Origin: an uncultured Methylophilaceae bacterium
GTDB taxonomy: Bacteria; Pseudomonadota; Gammaproteobacteria; Burkholderiales; Methylophilaceae
Length of the DNA stretch: 64,000 nt
Direction of reading: 5' to 3'
Assembly (NCBI GenBank): GCA_964620425.1
Contig: CAZUGV010000008.1
Coordinates: 3,628-67,627, forward strand
Part shown: positions 26,203-34,480 of the stretch, piece after piece
Layout of the letters: each line of letters begins with the position of its first letter
How positions within the stretch are numbered: position 1 is the stretch's first letter
Made by a program: the position numbers and the translations under genes
The notes under the pieces: generated by a model
The model's input: the letters and a program-made list of their open reading frames with translations, nothing else
Databases searched by the model: none
Told to the model about the DNA's origin: nothing

Positions 26203-27546
26203 ATGTCAGCGCATCTTGATGCTCTTCGTTTGTTACTGGCAGCGGGCCCTCAATCAGCGTTGCAACTGATTGAAAATATAGGGATTAGCCAGCCTACCTT
26301 ATCGCGTGCGCTTAGTCGCCTTGGCGATGAGGTGGTGCGTCTGGGGGCGGCGAGATCTATTCAATATACCTTGCGAGACACAGCGCGCGGCATCTCTGAT
26401 ATTCCTGTTTATCGGGTGACTACCGAGGGACAAATACGCAATTTGGGTACCTTAGTGCCAGTACGCCCGCAGGGTTTTGTGATGCGGCAGTTGGATGGTG
26501 CAACCTTGCACAGTGACGGTTTGCCATGGTGGTTATTTGATATGCGTCCTCTGGGGTTTCTTGGTCGGGCTTATGCCGCACACCATGCCGCAGCACTAGG
26601 GCTGCCAGCAAAACTGAACGAGTGGCGCGATGAGCATGCCCTGCGCGCACTACTGGCGCATGGCCATGATGTGGTGGGCAACTTGCTGCTAGGCGATTTG
26701 GCGCGTGACCGCTTTCTTTCTGCGCCACTACCTAACCCTGTTGCCCAGCAGGATAAAGCTGAGGTTTATCGTCAACTTGCTTTGGATGCAGCGAGTGGTG
26801 AGGTGGCGGGTTCTTCAGCGGGTGGTGAGCAGCCAAAATTTACGGTGTTTGCAGACACGTCCGCTGGAGCGCGTCATTTGTTGGTGAAATTTAGCGAGTC
26901 AGAGGATAACTCGGTGAGTGAGCGTTGGCGCGATTTATTGTTGGCTGAGCACTTGGCACTGGAAACTTTGCGTGGCGCGAATATTTCTGCTGCACAGACC
27001 TATGTATTTGACCATGGCGGACAGCGATTTCTTGAAGTGGAGCGATTTGACCGTGTGGGCAGTTTAGGGCGACGCGCATTGCACTCATTGACTGCACTGG
27101 ATGCCGAGTTTGTGGGGTCAGGTAATGGAAACTGGCCGCAGATTTCAAGTCGCCTTGCAGAATCAGGTCAGATTGAACCTCAGGCAGTGGAGCTTGCTGC
27201 ATTGCTATGGGCGTTTGGTACGCTAATAGGCAATACGGATATGCACAACGGTAATTTATCTTTTATTGCTGAGCATGGAAGACCTTACGCCATTGCACCC
27301 GCGTATGACATGACCACCATGGGGTTTGCACCACGTAGCGGCGGAGGTTTGCCAGATAGCGTTGCCCAAGCAAGCATAATTGCCGATGTTCCAAACCATA
27401 TTTGGCAACGCGCAGGGGTGTTGGCGGGCGAGTTTCTAATTCGCGTTCGTAACTCAGATGCCTTTAGCCAGCGCTTTGCTGTATGTATTGCAGCGCTTGC
27501 AAACCGACTCGATATGGCGCGAGCAGCGATTGCCAGATTGGGTTAG
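26203..27546 (+). CDS. single-chain HTH + HipA-family Ser/Thr kinase (YjjJ/HipH-like toxin candidate)
   Basis: 447 aa from ATG 26203. N-terminal HTH (GPQSALQLIENIGISQPTLSRALSRLG). HipA kinase motifs: SSAGGEQPKFTV (P-loop equivalent), ERFDR, NTDMHNGNLSF (catalytic D-x-H-x-x-N) and APAYDM (Mg-binding Asp). Confidence 0.8.
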   Translation: MSAHLDALRLLLAAGPQSALQLIENIGISQPTLSRALSRLGDEVVRLGAARSIQYTLRDTARGISDIPVYRVTTEGQIRNLGTLVPVRPQGFVMRQLDGATLHSDGLPWWLFDMRPLGFLGRAYAAHHAAALGLPAKLNEWRDEHALRALLAHGHDVVGNLLLGDLARDRFLSAPLPNPVAQQDKAEVYRQLALDAASGEVAGSSAGGEQPKFTVFADTSAGARHLLVKFSESEDNSVSERWRDLLLAEHLALETLRGANISAAQTYVFDHGGQRFLEVERFDRVGSLGRRALHSLTALDAEFVGSGNGNWPQISSRLAESGQIEPQAVELAALLWAFGTLIGNTDMHNGNLSFIAEHGRPYAIAPAYDMTTMGFAPRSGGGLPDSVAQASIIADVPNHIWQRAGVLAGEFLIRVRNSDAFSQRFAVCIAALANRLDMARAAIARLG

Positions 27547-27590
27547 CACAGAAATGCTAAAGCGGATAATTTAAGGTATATTACAGAGCT

Positions 27591-29927
27591 ATGAACGAAG
27601 CCGAAACACGCGCAGAACATATAGACCCAGCCCTGAAGGCCGCTGGTTGGGGCGTGGTAGCTGGCAGTTATATCAAGCGCGAGTACATCACACTTGGGCG
27701 TTTGCAGGGCGGCGGCAAGCGTAGCAAACAAGAAATTGCCGATTATGTGTTGGTGTATAAAAACCATAAATTGGCGGTGATTGAGGCAAAGGCTTGGGAT
27801 AAACCTTACACCGAGGGTGTGGCGCAGGCTAAGACTTACGCGCAAAAGCTGAATAGCCGTTTTGCTTATGCAACCAATGGGCAACGGATTTATGGCATTG
27901 ATATGCACACGGGTAAAGAGGCGGATGTTGCTAAATACCCCAGCCCAGACGAATTATGGAGTTTAACCTTTGCGGAGCAAAATGCATGGCGCGATAAGTT
28001 TGCTGAGATTCCGTTTGAAGATAAAGGCGGTTATTTTGGTGCGCGTTATTATCAGCACAATGCGATTGAGGCAGTGCTTGAGGCAATAGCGAATAACCAA
28101 GCGCGCATATTGCTCACCCTAGCGACTGGCACAGGCAAAACCTTTATTGCCTTTCAGTTAGCTTGGAAGTTGTTTTATAGCCGCTGGAATTTAAGCCGTG
28201 AACTCAATGGTGATAAACCACGCCGACCGCGTATTTTGTTTTTAGCTGACCGCAATGGTTTGGCAGACCAAGCGTATAACGCGTTTTCTGCTTTCCCTGA
28301 AGATGCCTTGGTACGCATTGCGCCTGATGAAATTAGCAAAAAAGGCCGCGTACCCAAGAACGGCAATATCTTTTTTACGATTTTCCAAACCTTTATGAGC
28401 GGCACGGATGCTGAAGGAAACCCTGCGCCTAACTTTGGTGAATATCCACCCGACTTTTTTGATTTTATTATCATCGACGAATGCCACCGTGGCGGTGCGA
28501 ATGATGAGGGTAATTGGCGCGGAATTTTGGAGTATTTCTCGCCCGCGGTTCAGTTAGGCTTAACCGCTACGCCTAAGCGTAAAGACAATGTAGATACTTA
28601 TGCGTACTTTGGTGAGCCTGTGTATGTGTACTCACTTAAAGAAGGCATTAACGATGGCTTTTTAACGCCATTTAAAGTGAAGCAAATTGCAACCACGATG
28701 GATGAATATATCTATACGCCAGGGGATGGCGTGGTGGTACAAGGTGAGGCTGAACCTGGCAGACTTTATAAAGAAAGCGATTTTAATCGGATTATTAAAA
28801 TCCCCGCGCGTGAGCAATACCGAGTGAAATTGTTTATGGAGTTAATCAATCAGCGTGAAAAAACCTTGGTGTTTTGCGCATCGCAAGACCACGCGTTAGA
28901 AGTACGCGACTACATTAATCAGATTAAAACGAGCAAAGACCCAGACTACTGCGTGCGGGTTACAGCAGCAGATGGCGCACGTGGCGATGAATATCTGAGA
29001 GCGTTTCAAGACAATGAAAATGCGATCCCCACCATTTTGACCACATCACAAAAGCTTTCAACTGGTGTAGATGCACGTAACGTGCGCAATATTGTGCTGA
29101 TGCGTGAAGTGAATAGCATGATTGAGTTTAAGCAGATTATTGGGCGTGGTACTCGACTATACGATGGCAAAGACTACTTTACGATTTATGATTTTGTAAA
29201 AGCACATCATCACTTTTCCGACCCTGAGTGGGATGGCGAGCCTGAGCCGCCTGAGTCAACAGCACCAAATGCACATGTGACCAAACCAAATACGGTTGAG
29301 CAACCTCAACAACCTTATACTCCTGAGCCTAAACCTGAGAAAATTTTGATTAAACTGTCTGATGGAAAAACTCGTCAGATTCAACATATGATGGCGACTA
29401 GTTTTTGGGGCGCAGATGGTAAGCCTATGTCGAGTGCTCAGTTTTTAGAAAGCTTATTTGGTGTTTTACCTGAGTTCTTTAGAGATGAAGATACATTGCG
29501 TGAAATTTGGAGCGCCCCCGAAACGCGCAAAAAGCTGTTGGATGGCTTGAGCGAAAAAGGCTTTAATAAAGAAGTATTGGCCGAAATGCAACGCATTATT
29601 GATGCAGAAAATAGTGATCTGTTTGATGTGTTAGCGCACGTAGCTTTTGCGTTGCAACCACTTACGCGCAGCAATCGTGCTGCCATCGCAAAAAATGAAA
29701 TTCACCAACACTTTGCTGATAAACAATCCGCTTTTATTGATTTTGTTTTAGGGCAATATATTAAGCAAGGTGTGGATGAGTTAAGCCAAGAAAAACTAAA
29801 GGATTTGATAGGTCTGAAATACCAATCTATTCACGATGCTACTTCAGAGTTAGGTAACACCACAGAAATTAGGCAACTATTTGTTAGATTTCAAAAATAC
29901 TTATATCAACAAAGTGATGTCATTTAA
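27591..29927 (+). CDS. hsdR: type I restriction enzyme endonuclease/translocase subunit HsdR
   Basis: 778 aa. N-terminal PD-(D/E)xK nuclease (DYVLVYKNHKLAVIEAKAWDK). SF2 helicase motifs LATGTGKT, IIIDECHRG, LTATP and QIIGRGTR. Confidence 0.95.
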   Translation: MNEAETRAEHIDPALKAAGWGVVAGSYIKREYITLGRLQGGGKRSKQEIADYVLVYKNHKLAVIEAKAWDKPYTEGVAQAKTYAQKLNSRFAYATNGQRIYGIDMHTGKEADVAKYPSPDELWSLTFAEQNAWRDKFAEIPFEDKGGYFGARYYQHNAIEAVLEAIANNQARILLTLATGTGKTFIAFQLAWKLFYSRWNLSRELNGDKPRRPRILFLADRNGLADQAYNAFSAFPEDALVRIAPDEISKKGRVPKNGNIFFTIFQTFMSGTDAEGNPAPNFGEYPPDFFDFIIIDECHRGGANDEGNWRGILEYFSPAVQLGLTATPKRKDNVDTYAYFGEPVYVYSLKEGINDGFLTPFKVKQIATTMDEYIYTPGDGVVVQGEAEPGRLYKESDFNRIIKIPAREQYRVKLFMELINQREKTLVFCASQDHALEVRDYINQIKTSKDPDYCVRVTAADGARGDEYLRAFQDNENAIPTILTTSQKLSTGVDARNVRNIVLMREVNSMIEFKQIIGRGTRLYDGKDYFTIYDFVKAHHHFSDPEWDGEPEPPESTAPNAHVTKPNTVEQPQQPYTPEPKPEKILIKLSDGKTRQIQHMMATSFWGADGKPMSSAQFLESLFGVLPEFFRDEDTLREIWSAPETRKKLLDGLSEKGFNKEVLAEMQRIIDAENSDLFDVLAHVAFALQPLTRSNRAAIAKNEIHQHFADKQSAFIDFVLGQYIKQGVDELSQEKLKDLIGLKYQSIHDATSELGNTTEIRQLFVRFQKYLYQQSDVI

Positions 29928-29970
29928 TTAATGTTTATTTATTTCTGATGTTCACGTAAGCTGATGAATA

Positions 29971-30171
29971 TTAGTGGGTGTCATCGTAAATTGAATTGAA
30001 GTCACTATCACTAAATGCAAAATCAGAAAAACTCTCATCTAAATCTGCGTCATCGTCACTATCTTCAATCGCTTTAGCGTAGCGACTTTTTTTTGCGCCA
30101 ATCGCTTCTTGTTCAACTATTTCGTCAATATAGAGATCCTTGTTAGCGTTTGTAGTTTTTGATGTATCCAT
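29971..30171 (-). CDS. small highly acidic hypothetical protein
   Basis: 66 aa with 19 Asp/Glu against 6 Lys/Arg. The C-terminal half is EDSDDDADLDESFSDFAFSDSDFNSIYDD. Good SD (AAGAGG) 7 nt upstream of the ATG. Convergent with hsdR. Confidence 0.55.
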   Translation of the reverse strand: MDTSKTTNANKDLYIDEIVEQEAIGAKKSRYAKAIEDSDDDADLDESFSDFAFSDSDFNSIYDDTH

Positions 30172-30474
30172 ATAAACCTCTTAGTTACTTTGTATGTATT
30201 ACTTTTACGGATGCCGTAAGTGAAAACTTTAGTGGGTTTAAACGGGGGTGCGAAAAATAAATGGCGAGTTTTGGATACATTCGCATCATTTTTTAGAGGT
30301 TATGGGGGGGCGTTACCACTAATACAAAAAGAGCAAGAGGCGCTATCACAATCAGAAGCGCTATTGAGCAAAATTACTGAGAAGCTTAAGCGTGTATTTG
30401 GATTCAATCAATCGAATCTGAGGTGCCCCGCTTTACACTGAAGCACTGAATTAAGCAGATTTTTGGCTGGTAGC

Positions 30475-31653
30475 TCAAGCGGCTTGCGCGCCCCAAATCT
30501 GCTCTGCGGTAAACGGAATGTCGTTTACTTCTAACGCCACGCCTTCTTTAATAGCAAAAGCCTCTGCTTCAGTTTTTCTAAGCTCTGGAGAAGGCAAGAC
30601 ATCTCCATTGGCGTTTTTAATGACCATTACATCAGGGGTGGTAGTAGAGCCTCCCTTAGCCATGACAACCGCTGTTTCCCCGCTAGCTAGTTTCACACAA
30701 CAGCCAGGAGGATACATACCCAACTCTTGGATGAAAAACGTAGTAATTTTGGCATCAAAAATTTTATCGTTATCAACTAACAGACTGCCTAATGCTTGGG
30801 CTGGGTGTATGCCTTTACGCACTTTTCTAGGCGCTATCATGGCGGTATAGCGATCCGCCAGCGCAATAATCTTGGCACCAAGCGGAATGCTATTTCCCGA
30901 GATGCCTGCTGGGTATCCGCTGCCATCCAGCTGTTCGTGATGGTTAAGCACATAGGACAGCCAGGCCAGATTGGTGACCCCCGCCTCTTTTAACAATGCC
31001 ACAGATAATTGAGGATGCTTGCGAATCAATGCACGCTCTTCCTCAGTAGGCGGCGTAGCGCGATTTTGTAAATCTTCCTGCAAAAACAACATGCCGATAT
31101 TCATGGTGAGCGCGGCGGCGGTAATGGCTTCTACTTCGGTCTCAGACATTTGCATGGCTTTTGCCACAATCAGGCTCAAAACCGCGGTATCAATCAAGTG
31201 TCTATTTGCATAGCCTTCTGGTGTTTGCTTGAAATGAATGTTGGCAATTGCAATGTCAGGGTTGGTAGAGACCGATTCATTCAGCACCCGCACCACTTGC
31301 ATCACCATTTCAGGGACTTGGGGCAATGGCGCATTGGCAACTACCCCTAGGTTAACGTTTTGAATGATGGTGAGTGCGTTGCCCAGTTTGCTTAATACCT
31401 GATGCCCTACAGCCGTACTTGTATTTTTGGTGGCATGCCCTCGTGCGCTTGCGCCCTGTGCACTGGATTGTCTGTATTCTGCCTCATTCACAAACAGCCC
31501 TCGCTCAATCAAGGTTTCCAGTTGCTTTTCTGATTGTGGAATAAAGCCTACACGCGCAAGTAATCGACCATTCGCATCATAGACATTCCATAGTATAGGG
31601 CTGCCTATTTCTAGGTCTTTTAGAGATATTTTATGGAAATCTGATTCGGTCAT
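30475..31653 (-). CDS. HD-GYP-family protein with degenerate HD dyad (MN-GYP)
   Basis: 392 aa. HHEQLDGSGYP and the downstream ALADRYTAM are intact, but the position aligned to LHDIGK reads TMNIGM (M184 N185, nt 31099-31104). Confidence 0.85.
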   Translation of the reverse strand: MTESDFHKISLKDLEIGSPILWNVYDANGRLLARVGFIPQSEKQLETLIERGLFVNEAEYRQSSAQGASARGHATKNTSTAVGHQVLSKLGNALTIIQNVNLGVVANAPLPQVPEMVMQVVRVLNESVSTNPDIAIANIHFKQTPEGYANRHLIDTAVLSLIVAKAMQMSETEVEAITAAALTMNIGMLFLQEDLQNRATPPTEEERALIRKHPQLSVALLKEAGVTNLAWLSYVLNHHEQLDGSGYPAGISGNSIPLGAKIIALADRYTAMIAPRKVRKGIHPAQALGSLLVDNDKIFDAKITTFFIQELGMYPPGCCVKLASGETAVVMAKGGSTTTPDVMVIKNANGDVLPSPELRKTEAEAFAIKEGVALEVNDIPFTAEQIWGAQAA

Positions 31654-31683
31654 TTATGCTTCTTTTACTGTAGAAACAGCTAA

Positions 31684-33691
31684 TTAGTTTTGATTAAAGC
31701 TAAGTGCAAACTGTTTAGCCTCGTTTGCAGGCAATGCTTTAGAAAAGTACCAGCCTTGCACAAACTGAACGCCCGCTTGCTTGACAATATTCAGCTGCGC
31801 TTCTGTTTCCACCCCTTCAGAAACCACAACAAAACCTAAATCAGCACACATTTTGCTACTGTGCATGTATATTTTACAACCACTATCAGATTTCGCCATA
31901 TCGATTAACTGCTTGTCAAATTTAATGGTTTTTGCCGTTGTAATATGCAAGTGTTCCAGACTTGAATATCCTGTACCAAAGTCATCAATCACCAGCTGGA
32001 ACCCATTATTTCGTAGCAACTGTATATTTTTATCTGCTTTTTCACGGAGTAAAAATGCGCGCTCAATCACCTCAAATTGCACATCAAAACCTGACAAGAT
32101 TTCTACAACCGTATTCATCGCCTTTTCATCCAAAATAGTATCAGGGTGAAGATTGATGCTAATAAATGGGGAATATCCCTCGTTATGCCACGCCTCTAGG
32201 TTTAAGCGCACTTGCTTGCACACCCATAGGTCAATCACGGTTGAAAGCCCCGCGCGTTCTAATGTTGGAATAAAGTAAGGGCCAACAATTTTTCCATCCT
32301 GCATTTTGAGCCGCAGAAGTGCTTCAAAGCTGTTACATTGTTGATTTTCAATATCAATAATCGGCTGATAGAACATGATAAGCTCATTATTCACAATCAA
32401 ATCAATGATGCGATGCGTATCCAAATGGGCATTCACCAAAAAAGTTTGCGCCTCTTGAAACTTGAGCCCCTGCTTTGTTTGTATGCTTTCGGATAAGTGT
32501 AGCTTTTCTTTAAGTAACTCTAAATGTGCAGTAGTACTTTGCGTATTGACGTAGGTACGAACAAATAACACGTAAATACCTATATCTACACTCAATAATA
32601 AGGCTTGAAACAGAACAGCTGTCCAATCTCCATTCGTCGCCAGATAGCCACTGACAAAGATAGGCGTTGTCCATGGAAGCTCTGTGGCCGAGAACGTAAA
32701 AAATCCAGCATGCACAACGAACAAGGCAACAGCCAGATTCATTAAGGGCACCAGTATAAATGGAACCAATATTTTTCGGTTTAATACGATGGGCAAGCCA
32801 TACAGCAAAATTTCTGTCACATTAAACACCAAGAAAGGGAGTGCAATTTTTGAGACTCGAATGGCGTGACCATCTTTTGCAACAATTAAAATCGCAATAG
32901 CAAGCGACAAGCTCGCACCAACACCGCCAAAAATCACAAAAGTATCTATTAGGTTTTTAGCCGTGAGATTCGGCATAATCAGCTGGCTGAGTTGGCTAGT
33001 ACCAAAGATTAAATCAAAAATATTGGTGCCATGCACACCAACAAATGTGAGTAAATGAGAACAAACTGTTCTAAACGCAATCATCTGCTCAGGGTGGTTA
33101 GCAAACTGCAGAGTGGTCAAGCTAGCCATGCTAGTTACCTGATTAAAAGTAATATGGATAAACTCAAACACAATCAAGCTTGTCGCGTAGCTAAGAATAA
33201 AAGCTGGCGTATGACGATAAATCATGCGAACACTACCAGCTAATTGGATTGTTTGTGGATAGAGCATCCATTTGCAATTTAAAAATTTGGCAAATATTAA
33301 GGGTAGAAACAACAGGAATTAAAATTGAGAAAACAGAAAAACTGCTAGAACTGAATGCAGCATTGATTAAAGTTATTTTGAATGGGAATATGGTAATTAG
33401 CAGTGCCACTGACAGCGTAATAGCACCAGCACTGTCAATATTTTTCAGTTTCGATAGCTGAAAAGAAATCGCTATCAACAAGAACACTGGTAGCGCATCT
33501 TGCATCAACTTTGCGCCCAAGTGCAGTGTTGTTAAGTGACGGGAGCTTCCCCAAAGGGGTAATACTTGCAACAATAATGTTGCGATTGATGAAAGTACGA
33601 GAAATGGGATTAGCGAAACAAACGCCTCTCTAAGCGCGTATATAATGAGCTCAAGTTGATTGCGCAACTTCGCCACGAGCTGCCATCTCAT
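31684..33691 (-). pseudogene. polytopic membrane (PTS EIIC-like) / EAL-domain c-di-GMP phosphodiesterase gene, reading frame interrupted
   Basis: Two overlapping ORFs in different frames, 33691->33233 (152 aa, membrane) and 33312->31684 (542 aa). The second contains further TM helices with a GVHG motif and a complete EAL domain: EALLRL, SINLH, DDFGTGYSSL, KFDK, SEGVETEAQ, QGWYF. The overlap contains a T3A5T3 run (33278-33288). Confidence 0.55.
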
Positions 33692-33900
33692 TGAATGCTC
33701 TGCCTGATACTAAGAATATTAAAACCTCCAGCATAAGTGAATGCCATTGAGAAACTGAACATCAATACCATTGGGAGCCATGCAGCGACACAAAGCGACT
33801 GATGCCCTAGCATAGAAAAACCTTATCCTCATGTTTTTCAAATCATGCGATGGATTCTAACTCAACTAAAAATCTCAAACCATAAGAAAGTACAAGCGAA

Positions 33901-34383
33901 TTACTTGGCAGAAACCCAATGGCCTGATTTTCCACCCTGTTTTTCTAGCAGTTTAACCTCACTAATCACCATACCCCTATCTACAGCTTTGCACATATCG
34001 TAAATCGTAAGCAAGGCGGCACTGGTGGCTGTTAGTGCTTCCATTTCCACCCCTGTACGGCCTACGGTTTCGGTAGTTACAGTGCAGTGAACGCTACATT
34101 TTGCTTCGTCAATTTCAAATGCTACGCTTACTTTAGTCAGCGCAATGGGGTGACACAGCGGGATTAAATCTGCAGTGCGTTTGGCACCTTGAATGGCGGC
34201 AATGCGAGCTATACCAAGCACATCGCCTTTTTTTGCGTCGCCATTGATAATCAGTTGCAGGGTGGCGGGTAGCATGTGGATATACCCAGTGGCAATGGCA
34301 ATTCGGTGTGTTTCATGTTTTGTGCCGACATCCACCATATGGGCTTGTCCGCTTTGATCAAAGTGGGTGAGTTCGTTCATCAA
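33901..34383 (-). CDS. moaC: cyclic pyranopterin monophosphate synthase MoaC
   Basis: 160 aa. [25 protein letters not shown]...IPLCHPI...GVEMEALTA matches conserved MoaC sequence. Confidence 0.9.
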   Translation of the reverse strand: MMNELTHFDQSGQAHMVDVGTKHETHRIAIATGYIHMLPATLQLIINGDAKKGDVLGIARIAAIQGAKRTADLIPLCHPIALTKVSVAFEIDEAKCSVHCTVTTETVGRTGVEMEALTATSAALLTIYDMCKAVDRGMVISEVKLLEKQGGKSGHWVSAK

Positions 34384-34480
34384 TTAAAGTCTTTGTGGTT
34401 AAATGTGGGTAGTTAAAATATCTGATGATTACATTGCATGAAGTAAGAACTTGCTAGCGAATATCGCTATCATAACAATC

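Noticed and set aside
30220-30441. A 73-aa + strand ORF (GTG start) in the 303-bp gap between the acidic ORF and the HD-GYP gene.
   Set aside because: It has no SD, a weak start codon and no recognisable motif. The gap is better treated as non-coding pending expression data.
29928-30474. A search for an attR-type direct repeat of the tRNA-Met 3' end, or for an integrase remnant, at the right edge of the R-M island.
   Set aside because: I found no copy of ggttcaagtccctctttcaccacca or a substantial part of it by eye, and no integrase-like ORF. The island boundary therefore remains undefined rather than demonstrated.
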